From assembly GCA_024275095.1 (NCBI GenBank), contig JAJRZV010000065.1, positions 1 to 49,265 of the forward strand: DNA of 49,265 nt. The letters run 5' to 3'. This DNA comes from a bacterium (GTDB taxonomy: Bacteria > JAJRZV01). Numbering within the stretch: position 1 is the first letter of the stretch; each line of letters starts with the position of its first letter. Of this stretch, positions 37,871 to 45,935 are shown in pieces. The position numbers and the translations under genes are program-made. The notes beneath the pieces are model-generated. The model ran no database searches, was not told the DNA's origin, and saw only the letters and a program-made list of their open reading frames with translations.

Positions 37871-39912
37871 ATCTCCAGGCGCAGGTATCCAGCCGCCGTC
37901 CACGGCATGGGCTCTCCACCATAATACATTGTAACTCTCTCGGTGGTGAGACCCGAACCGGTATAGGGATACATGCGCGAACGATCATCTTCAGCACTGA
38001 ACATGCCCCCGAGCGCATTGCGAATCATTACGCCCATACTGAATCCTTTAACAACTTCATATTCTATGTGTGCATTGAGCAAATAATTGGGACCAGCAGA
38101 ACGCGGTCCTGTGTTGGCACCTCCAGCGACAGCAAAAAGCGTATACCGGGGCCATGTGCGCCTGGAGTAATACGTAAAAAACAGGTCCACACTCAGACCT
38201 TCCACAGGCGAGTAATGAACTCCAACATTAATTTTATGCCGGGGTGAAGATGTAATGTCGTCACCTTTGTTGTAAATATTCGCGCCCTGCTCCGGGGAAG
38301 GCACATCCGAGCGTGCACGTATGACTTGAAATGCATAATTTGCACTGAACGAAAGATTGTGCATGACCAGCACGTCCACAGAGGCTTCTGCTCCCATGGA
38401 GTAAAAGTTGTTTTCCAGGTTGGAATATTGAAACGCATCCTGGGCATAATCAAAGTAGATGATATTCTGAAAATATTCACAAAAAATGCTGGTTTCTGTT
38501 TTAACCCATTTGCCAAAGCGCCCCATGTAGGCGATTTCAGCACTGTTTATAACCTCGTTAAACTGCTGTATTTCGACCTCTCCTCCGACAGACCCGTCCC
38601 AACCTTCTATGTCACCGCCGTATTCCAGAAACGATGGCCTACGGAATGCCCTGGCACCCGAGAGTCTCACTGTATGGCTTCCCCGGGTGTATATAAACGC
38701 AACGCGAGGACTCACCGTATCGGATGGCTGTTCATTCAAATATGTACTGTCATCATAGCGAACGCCCAACGTTATCTTAAATCCTTTGAAGGGTTTAACA
38801 TCACCCTGTGCAAATATACCGTAGCGGGTTTCGTTAATTGCCTCATATGCTGGTATCAGTCCTTCGTTTCGATACAGATTGAACCTCAACTCTCCCCCGA
38901 CAGTAACGCTCGCTACATCCCCAAAATTGCGACCGTATCGCATTTCTATGTCCAAGGTATTGACACCGAGAGTAAAAAGAGTCGTCTGGCTTTCCCGATT
39001 ATTCTTGTCGTAGAAAACTTTCAACTCTGTGGAATAGCGGTTCCAGAAGAATTGAAAGTAAGCACCGTGGGCATCACCCTGAATTCGCGCAAAGGCGTGT
39101 TTACCCTTCGCAAACGCAGGGGAGAAAGGAAAAATATAGATGAACTTACCGGCTGCACCACCGATGTCAAAGTTGATGTTGACATTTTCAGCAGGACTGC
39201 CTGATACGCGAAGGCGCCCACTACCTGAAAGAAGATCGGCGCGGGTGGTATTGAGCACGTCCATTGCTGTGTTCACATGACCGGCAACCGTAAATGTAAC
39301 CCGTCGGCCCCTCCCAGAATATCCGATGGCATTACGTGCCATGAATGGAGAAGCTCCTTCTATCGTCCGCAACCAGAACACATGACGTTTCTCTTCAGAA
39401 GCCGAACGGGTAATGATGTTGATAACTCCGGAAAACGCGTTGGGTCCATACAGAGTAGAACCGGGGCCGCGCACCACTTCGATTCGCTCGATTTCATCCA
39501 GCGATACAGGCAAAAGAGACCACATGGGTGCGCCAAACACTTCATTGTTGGTTTCCCGCCCATCAATAAGGAGTAACACCTGATTGTTGGATTCATCAGT
39601 AAAACCGCGCATGCCCACAATGGGAAAGCTCTCGTATGCCCAGTACGACTCCACGCCTGGAACGTATCGCAAAAGGTCCGGAACGGATAACGCGGGCAGG
39701 CGGCGAATTTCCTCACGCGTAAGCACGCTTACAGTTGCCGGGGCCTCCGTAACCTTTTCCTCCTTCTTGGAGGCCGTTATGGTAATATCCTCGGCCTGGA
39801 AGAGCTTGAACTCTTCTTCCAGTGCCTCCAAACCCTGCCCTGCCGAAGCGGTTGTTGCCAGCAGGCAGAACACCACAAGATGTTTTGTAATCCTCATGAT
39901 GGTAGAAACCAT
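37867..39912 (-). CDS. TonB-dependent outer membrane receptor
   Basis: Signal peptide, TASKKEE..EAPATVSV, VLLLIDGR, IERIEVVRGPGSTLYG.NAFSGVINIIT plug, barrel, terminal AGYLRLEI. Start 39912 or 39897. Confidence 0.94.
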   Translation of the reverse strand: MVSTIMRITKHLVVFCLLATTASAGQGLEALEEEFKLFQAEDITITASKKEEKVTEAPATVSVLTREEIRRLPALSVPDLLRYVPGVESYWAYESFPIVGMRGFTDESNNQVLLLIDGRETNNEVFGAPMWSLLPVSLDEIERIEVVRGPGSTLYGPNAFSGVINIITRSASEEKRHVFWLRTIEGASPFMARNAIGYSGRGRRVTFTVAGHVNTAMDVLNTTRADLLSGSGRLRVSGSPAENVNINFDIGGAAGKFIYIFPFSPAFAKGKHAFARIQGDAHGAYFQFFWNRYSTELKVFYDKNNRESQTTLFTLGVNTLDIEMRYGRNFGDVASVTVGGELRFNLYRNEGLIPAYEAINETRYGIFAQGDVKPFKGFKITLGVRYDDSTYLNEQPSDTVSPRVAFIYTRGSHTVRLSGARAFRRPSFLEYGGDIEGWDGSVGGEVEIQQFNEVINSAEIAYMGRFGKWVKTETSIFCEYFQNIIYFDYAQDAFQYSNLENNFYSMGAEASVDVLVMHNLSFSANYAFQVIRARSDVPSPEQGANIYNKGDDITSSPRHKINVGVHYSPVEGLSVDLFFTYYSRRTWPRYTLFAVAGGANTGPRSAGPNYLLNAHIEYEVVKGFSMGVMIRNALGGMFSAEDDRSRMYPYTGSGLTTERVTMYYGGEPMPWTAAGYLRLEI

Positions 39913-39913
39913 A

Positions 39914-41785
39914 TTACTGCGATGGAGCACCGGTCAGGCTCCCCATGTCGCCCATAGCCTTGATAAGCTCCCCGGCCACCTTAGCGATTACTGCGTTGAG
40001 CTCGCAGTTGTCGGGAAGAGTATATTCACCCGGTGTCAGGTTTTTGTCGGGATTACAGGGATTGGTGGTGCTGTTGGGCCATACCCCGGAAAGGTCCACG
40101 TACAGGACACCTGCAAGGGTTGGATCCTTGAAGATCAAATAGGGTAGGGGGGACACGATCGTATCAGCAGGGATGGAAGGATCCGTGCCCACGGCGTTTT
40201 TGATCTCCGGTGAAAACTGGACCCAGCTCTGAGTGGAACCAAGGGGGTAGCCCTGTTTGTCCGTGAAGTGTCCAATATCGGGTATGGGATTGCCGTTTGC
40301 ATCCTCGAGCGCCTCTGCACGGCATGCAATGGACGCCAATCCCGGGTCGAGCCTGTCAAAGCCGGGTACCGTCGTTGTCATGTTGGGGGTGTAATAAAGG
40401 AGCTGGGGACCGCAGTCCCACTCCATGATGATGGTATCCGTTGTTTCTTTGGGAAAACCGCCGCTGTAGTCCTCGTGCATCGTCCAGGCTGGCAGAAAAC
40501 CACGAATTCCGTCAGACCCGGGGGTGGCAAGATATTCGAAGAGCTGGTCGAGGTCGAACTCGAAAATATCAGGAATGGCTGCTGTGAGAAGTGCCTGTAC
40601 CAAATCCACTGTGATAAAAGTGGGACTGAGGAGCTGCTGACACTCTTCCTGTATGTCAGCCTGGGCGCAGAGGCTGAAGATAATTTCGTCCAGCAGGTGC
40701 GACTGCAATATTCCTACCACCGTTACGGCAATGAGAGGGGCAATATCCTTTGCCCACGACGTGCGGGCATTCGGGGTTCCGTCAAGGTCTGCCTCGATAT
40801 CATCAAGAGCTTGGGATATTCTGCCATCAATGAGGAAGGTTACGGTTTCACTGATGGGTCTCTGCATCTCGTCAAAGCGTGTGAATCTCATGTCAAAGTA
40901 ATTCTCGTCATCAGGGTTGGGGGTGATAAACTGATTTTCACTGATGACTTCTGCTTTCGTATAGTCAATAAAAGACTTCACATCGCGGACTGCCTCGAGA
41001 AGCAATGAGCGTGATGTGTCCACCCGCTCCGGACCGGTTGCTGTGTTCACCTTCAGCATGTACGGTTCTGCATTGAGCAGGGTTGCCAGCAAGTTGGAAA
41101 CCGCAAATACGGGCTCTGTACCCAACTGTTGAAGGGCAGGGTAGCTCAGCAGGGTCTGAAACTGGAGAAGGTTGGTAATGGTAAGGTCCGTGGAGGCAAG
41201 CAAATAATACACACCCGTAACGAGTGTAATGAAAGCATCAACAAAGTAAATGTCTCCCAGGTCCCATTCAGCGCCCAGGTCCACCTTGAAGATGGTCGCA
41301 CCAACCAGGGGATCTTTTATTTCAATGGGAATGGAGTCAATGTAGCGCCGAAAATATCCAATGTCCTCCACCTTCTGGAAATCAGCTGCTGCAGACTCAA
41401 GCGGTCCGAATATATAAGGATAAAGGATGGAGTTTAAAATTTCCATCAGGCCTCCGGTCTGAAGTGCAGTCAGTCCTGAACTGCTCGAGAGCAGCCCGGA
41501 TTGAAAAACAATGTCCACGATACGCTCGAGAAACTCGTTAAGGTCCAGCAACATCTGGACAATGGTTGAAATACCGCGAAGTGCATAGGCATCCGGGGAG
41601 TCCTCTTTAAGGGAGATTGCTGAATCAAACACATCTATGGCCTGTTCGTAATCCCCCTTTGAAATATAGTTGACCCCTTCCTGAACCAGATTCTCGTACC
41701 GCACATCCAGAGGCGTTGTGGTACATCCGATCACACTCGCCACAGCCACAAAGATCACGAATTTCCACATTTTCCTGCCAGCCAT
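39914..41785 (-). CDS. Large acidic lipoprotein with N-terminal TPR, function unknown
   Basis: SD GGAGG, lipobox VIGC, TPR (GDYEQAIDVFDSAISL..DAYALRG); the remainder was not recognised. Confidence 0.8.
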   Translation of the reverse strand: MAGRKMWKFVIFVAVASVIGCTTTPLDVRYENLVQEGVNYISKGDYEQAIDVFDSAISLKEDSPDAYALRGISTIVQMLLDLNEFLERIVDIVFQSGLLSSSSGLTALQTGGLMEILNSILYPYIFGPLESAAADFQKVEDIGYFRRYIDSIPIEIKDPLVGATIFKVDLGAEWDLGDIYFVDAFITLVTGVYYLLASTDLTITNLLQFQTLLSYPALQQLGTEPVFAVSNLLATLLNAEPYMLKVNTATGPERVDTSRSLLLEAVRDVKSFIDYTKAEVISENQFITPNPDDENYFDMRFTRFDEMQRPISETVTFLIDGRISQALDDIEADLDGTPNARTSWAKDIAPLIAVTVVGILQSHLLDEIIFSLCAQADIQEECQQLLSPTFITVDLVQALLTAAIPDIFEFDLDQLFEYLATPGSDGIRGFLPAWTMHEDYSGGFPKETTDTIIMEWDCGPQLLYYTPNMTTTVPGFDRLDPGLASIACRAEALEDANGNPIPDIGHFTDKQGYPLGSTQSWVQFSPEIKNAVGTDPSIPADTIVSPLPYLIFKDPTLAGVLYVDLSGVWPNSTTNPCNPDKNLTPGEYTLPDNCELNAVIAKVAGELIKAMGDMGSLTGAPSQ

Positions 41786-41936
41786 GTCCCCACCTCCAGA
41801 ATATTATCTTAACACAATTATAACTTAAAACCGGAAGCCTGACCAAATAACTCTTTAAACAGCTTAGGCAGACACCTGATTATAATGAACAACCTTCACT
41901 TGATGACGACCCTCAAGGCGATGTATAAGTGCTCCT

Positions 41937-42581
41937 ATGGCCTTGGCGGGTATCCTGGCAAACACGTACGGTAATATAGACGCTCTGGCGGATGCATGTG
42001 ATTTTCTCCTGGGCCAGATAGGTGCAGAAAAGATACTGCATCTTGGAAATTTCGCCACCGATGTTGACCAGTACATTTCCCGGCTCACCCTACCTGAGGG
42101 CAAGGAAGAAGATTTGCTGGACGAAGTCGCTCAGTTTTTGGAGGACCAGATGGAAAAGGAAGATCTCTCTCTAAAAGTAGAGGCCACCGCAAATGGACGC
42201 AAACGTTTGAAACGGATGTTTATAAAAATCCGGGGGCATTCTGACCCAAACATTCCCGAACTTGAGAGCCGGCATGTGGAGGTTATAGCGGACAGGCTCG
42301 TACTTCTCACTGCAGAAGTAGACTCCTTGGGAGAAGACGAGCTCGCAACTGCTGAAATCATCTGTACTTCCCAGTGGAGCCGTCCCCTGCTTCGAAGGGA
42401 TCAGGGGCGCATTATCCTCTGCCCTGGTCACCTGAGCGATCCTGACAGCTCCCACGCACCAACCTTTGCCACTGTGGAAGTGACGTTTACAGAAGCAAAA
42501 TTTTGTTTTTATAACCTGAAATTGCAAAAGGTCCTTGAGAAAGCCGTACCTCTTAAAGGGCCACGATTTACAGCCCGGTAA
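41937..42581 (+). CDS. Metallophosphoesterase-fold protein with degenerate metal ligands
   Basis: GILANTYGN (cf. SDTHGN), ILHLGN (cf. HLGD), IRGHSD (cf. RGNxD), LCPGHL (cf. NPGS). Confidence 0.65.
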   Translation: MALAGILANTYGNIDALADACDFLLGQIGAEKILHLGNFATDVDQYISRLTLPEGKEEDLLDEVAQFLEDQMEKEDLSLKVEATANGRKRLKRMFIKIRGHSDPNIPELESRHVEVIADRLVLLTAEVDSLGEDELATAEIICTSQWSRPLLRRDQGRIILCPGHLSDPDSSHAPTFATVEVTFTEAKFCFYNLKLQKVLEKAVPLKGPRFTAR

Positions 42582-43788
42582 AAAAATTGCGTGACCAGAT
42601 TACGTTTACCCTCCCATTTTCTGCGAAGCGCAATGAGTTCCCTTTTCGGACCAGATCTCCTGCAAAAAAGACATCACCACGGATAATGTCTTTGAAACCT
42701 GCTGTGTGTTCATTAATATGACGCTTGAGAAGTTCCACCCTTTCCACGGATGTGCCCGTGCAACCGTAACATTTGTACTTACCTTTCTCATCCATGGCAC
42801 GACTGATAGCGCGCATCAAACGAGAATCCTCTTGCGACATCCAGGCGTAGAATGGATTTTTTCCCTTGCTTTTACCTATCACCAGGTAACTCCACTTGAT
42901 TAACCATGCAGCATCCCGTCTGAGCTCTCGTGAGAGTCTTGTCATAACGGGAGGCGGAACATACGGGTATTTGAAATGGCACCATTCGCGCGTACCCCTG
43001 TAAGTGAGATAAGGACATGAATATCCTTCCGGCGGACAGGGAGCAATGATATAAAACCCTGCCGTTGCAAGTGGCTCTCGAAGCTTCATAAGATCACGAG
43101 ATACAGTTCGCAGTGACGGCTCAATAATTACAGCTATACCATCGTCCGTAAGATTCCGTCCGAGAATGCGCTTAAGAAGGTCGAAACGTTTTTCCAGCGG
43201 CTGGTTAATAAAAAGCTCGTTGAGCACATTCACCATGAATAACACGTGATATCTTTCTTTCAGCGGTGCTCCTTCCAGCATCGCTTCCAAGTCCGCTTTA
43301 ACAGGATCGAACCTCACCCGGAACTGAGGTCTTTCCTCACGCATCATTTTTTCCATTGCGGGCTTCATCATTTCCAGCAAGTCAAAGCGATAATCCACTG
43401 CTGTAATATCCACTCTCTCCAGCACGTTTTTCTCCTTCGCTAGAAACCACAACAGCCCCATGCTCGCGGCTCCTGGTCCGCATCCGAAATCTCCAACGCG
43501 CAGGGTTTTATCCTGAACTGGGAGCACAGCGTAAGTTTTTAACTCCCACAGGGTTAATACAACCTTGGCGAAACTTTGAGGAAATACGTAAAGAAGATAA
43601 GCATGCAGGAAAGAATCCTCTTTGTAAGGTGTGCCTCCCTCAAGCTTTTCCCTTTCCAGGGTAAGTACGTGCGTGAGTTTCTCCAGCATGGAAAGCATTT
43701 TATCTTCAGGTGGCAGACGCCCCCCGCCTGCAGAGGCCACAATCTCGAGCACGTGTTCTTCAAAATATGGAGGAACCGTCAATTTCAT
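42568..43788 (-). CDS. Rsm22/METTL17-like SAM-dependent methyltransferase
   Basis: AYLLY, DFGCGPG, NVLNEL, IIEP, APCP..CP..WCHF, WSYL. Confidence 0.85.
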   Translation of the reverse strand: MKLTVPPYFEEHVLEIVASAGGGRLPPEDKMLSMLEKLTHVLTLEREKLEGGTPYKEDSFLHAYLLYVFPQSFAKVVLTLWELKTYAVLPVQDKTLRVGDFGCGPGAASMGLLWFLAKEKNVLERVDITAVDYRFDLLEMMKPAMEKMMREERPQFRVRFDPVKADLEAMLEGAPLKERYHVLFMVNVLNELFINQPLEKRFDLLKRILGRNLTDDGIAVIIEPSLRTVSRDLMKLREPLATAGFYIIAPCPPEGYSCPYLTYRGTREWCHFKYPYVPPPVMTRLSRELRRDAAWLIKWSYLVIGKSKGKNPFYAWMSQEDSRLMRAISRAMDEKGKYKCYGCTGTSVERVELLKRHINEHTAGFKDIIRGDVFFAGDLVRKGNSLRFAENGRVNVIWSRNFFTGL

Positions 43789-43861
43789 TGCTTTCGGGAT
43801 GATTATACAACATATGAACAATTAAACACTTTGTCCTGCGTGGAACGCTGTTCTGTTATGC

Positions 43862-43870
43862 TGGTATAAT
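43862..43870 (+). promoter_or_regulatory. Extended -10 leaderless-type promoter of the M6 protease operon
   Basis: TGGTATAAT, then 7 nt to ATG 43878. No SD. Confidence 0.55.
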
Positions 43871-43877
43871 AAATTAA

Positions 43878-45935
43878 ATGAAATTCTTATTGCCATTTAT
43901 TCTCATTGCATCTCTGCCCGTAGGTCGAATTCCCCCTGCGCTCCAGGATCTGGGGAACATGCTCATGCAACAGTTCATAGATCGTGCCATGGGCATTACA
44001 CCTCTTGCCAGCACGTATGAACCCCCTTTCGACACGACAGGCTCCGTAAGGTGTCTGGTTGTGCTTACAGAGACCCCTGCGGAGAGTCTTTCGAGCGTTC
44101 CTGGATGCGGTGACACACCAGAATGTCAAAGGGCTTACTTCCAGGAGATGTTTTTTCGCCCCCCTGGCCAGCCGCCCCGGTATTACAAGTGGCAGAGCGT
44201 GCGAGAATTTTATCAGGAACAGTCATGCGGGCGTTTTGATTTCAACGGTGATGTCATCGGACCTGTAACGATGCCGCAACCCATAGATTACTATGCCTGC
44301 GGGGCAGGTAATGGTAACTCGGGGTGCCTCGAATGGGATGAGAACGATGCCTGTCTCAATACAAGCCCGGGGGTCACACCCGGATGCCACGTGTACATAG
44401 AAGACGTGGTTGACGCAATAAATTCTCAGGTAGACTTTCGAGATTACGATGCAAACAACGACGGGGAAGTAGATTGTTTTATCGTCGTTCATCCAGGGCC
44501 CGGGGCCGAACAAACGTGCAATCAAAACCTCACTTGCGATCCCACCGCCATCTGGTCTCACTTCTGGTATCTCTCCTCGCCCAAATATACGGGTGATGGT
44601 TCCACCTTTGTGTACCGTTATCTTATAGGCCCTGACTGGTCGCTGGTATGGGACGAAAAAATCGAAATGGGTGTATATGCCCATGAATTCGGCCATTACA
44701 TGGGACTCGTGGACCTTTATGACAGAGATTTTACTTCCTGTGGACTTGGACCTTACAGCCTTATGGCATACGGAACTCACGGAGTAAGTCCCAATGGTCT
44801 GGATCCTCTCTCGCGTGATGTTCTCGGGTGGGACGATTTGATCTTTACTCAGGACAATACATGTGAATACGTCCTTTACCCGGTAGAAACCTCCTGCCAG
44901 ATTCTTGTGGTGGGTCGCGATGGTTCCGACGATCCTGAATTCTTTCTCATTGAATACAGAAAACCCATAGGCTCAGATGTAGATTTGCCTTACGAGCGCT
45001 CCCCCGACTTTGAAGGAGGCATACTCATTTATCACGTTGACCTGTCCGTCGAAAAAATGTTCTGCCAGGTGGATAAAGACATAGAGGGGCGCTGCAATCC
45101 CATTAATTACTGTCCCATGAGAAATGAGTGTGAATGGTATCCGGGAAAGGACCCGCGTTATCACTATTTAATAGCCCTGGTGGAAGCCTCGTGCGCGAGC
45201 TACGATCTGGAAACCCCCTCTGGGGTCGACGTGTGTGATGAACTCTCAAAAGATGACCACTTTTTCAATGACAAGGATAGAAACGTATTCACTCCGGAAA
45301 CCTGTCCAAACTCTCGCGATTATTTAGACGAGCTTGGAGTGGGACCTTTCGTTGAGATAAGACTTCTCGAGGATGAAAAGGCACTGCTTACCATCATGGG
45401 TACAAACGGAAACTTCGAAATGCCATTCTTTGTAAATGAAGCTCCATCCATCGCTTTGCCGGGCAGCACCTACGAATACCTTCCCGAAGTCACCGGCACA
45501 GCACCTTTCACGTTTCGCTTGCTCGAAGCTCCAGCAGGAGCAAGAGTTGACGTGAATTCCGGCAAGGTGCAGTGGGATGTGGACGAAAGCACACCCTCCG
45601 GCAAGTATAGATTTATACTCGAGGTATCCAGCTGTGCAGGAACCTCCACCAAGGAGTGGTACGTGCAGGTGTCCCGGGTGAACATAGAATCCATCCAGTC
45701 CAGCGATCGCTGTTTTATCGAAGAACTGCTGGACGGGAGGGATGTTTCTGCATACCGTAAAGTAAAAACAATGCTCTCAAACCTGCCGGGAGGTCCGCTG
45801 GTCGTGAAAGCTTATTACTCTATAATTTCTCCTTCGCTTAAATTTTTCATTCACCGTTTTCCTTTTTTCAAGGTCCCGGCTGCAGCCGTTCTCAAAACAG
45901 GGATTAAAATATTGAACCAGGTGATAAAACAATGA
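43878..45935 (+). CDS. M6 (immune inhibitor A) family metalloprotease with Ig-like domain and CFI-box-like C-terminus
   Basis: SVREFYQEQSCG, VDFRDYDANNDG.VD..IVVHPGPG, IWSH, GVYAHEFGHYMGLVDLYD, YSLMAYG, EFFLIEYR, GILIYHVD; C-terminal CFI..G..VKAYY..SP. Confidence 0.92.
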   Translation: MKFLLPFILIASLPVGRIPPALQDLGNMLMQQFIDRAMGITPLASTYEPPFDTTGSVRCLVVLTETPAESLSSVPGCGDTPECQRAYFQEMFFRPPGQPPRYYKWQSVREFYQEQSCGRFDFNGDVIGPVTMPQPIDYYACGAGNGNSGCLEWDENDACLNTSPGVTPGCHVYIEDVVDAINSQVDFRDYDANNDGEVDCFIVVHPGPGAEQTCNQNLTCDPTAIWSHFWYLSSPKYTGDGSTFVYRYLIGPDWSLVWDEKIEMGVYAHEFGHYMGLVDLYDRDFTSCGLGPYSLMAYGTHGVSPNGLDPLSRDVLGWDDLIFTQDNTCEYVLYPVETSCQILVVGRDGSDDPEFFLIEYRKPIGSDVDLPYERSPDFEGGILIYHVDLSVEKMFCQVDKDIEGRCNPINYCPMRNECEWYPGKDPRYHYLIALVEASCASYDLETPSGVDVCDELSKDDHFFNDKDRNVFTPETCPNSRDYLDELGVGPFVEIRLLEDEKALLTIMGTNGNFEMPFFVNEAPSIALPGSTYEYLPEVTGTAPFTFRLLEAPAGARVDVNSGKVQWDVDESTPSGKYRFILEVSSCAGTSTKEWYVQVSRVNIESIQSSDRCFIEELLDGRDVSAYRKVKTMLSNLPGGPLVVKAYYSIISPSLKFFIHRFPFFKVPAAAVLKTGIKILNQVIKQ

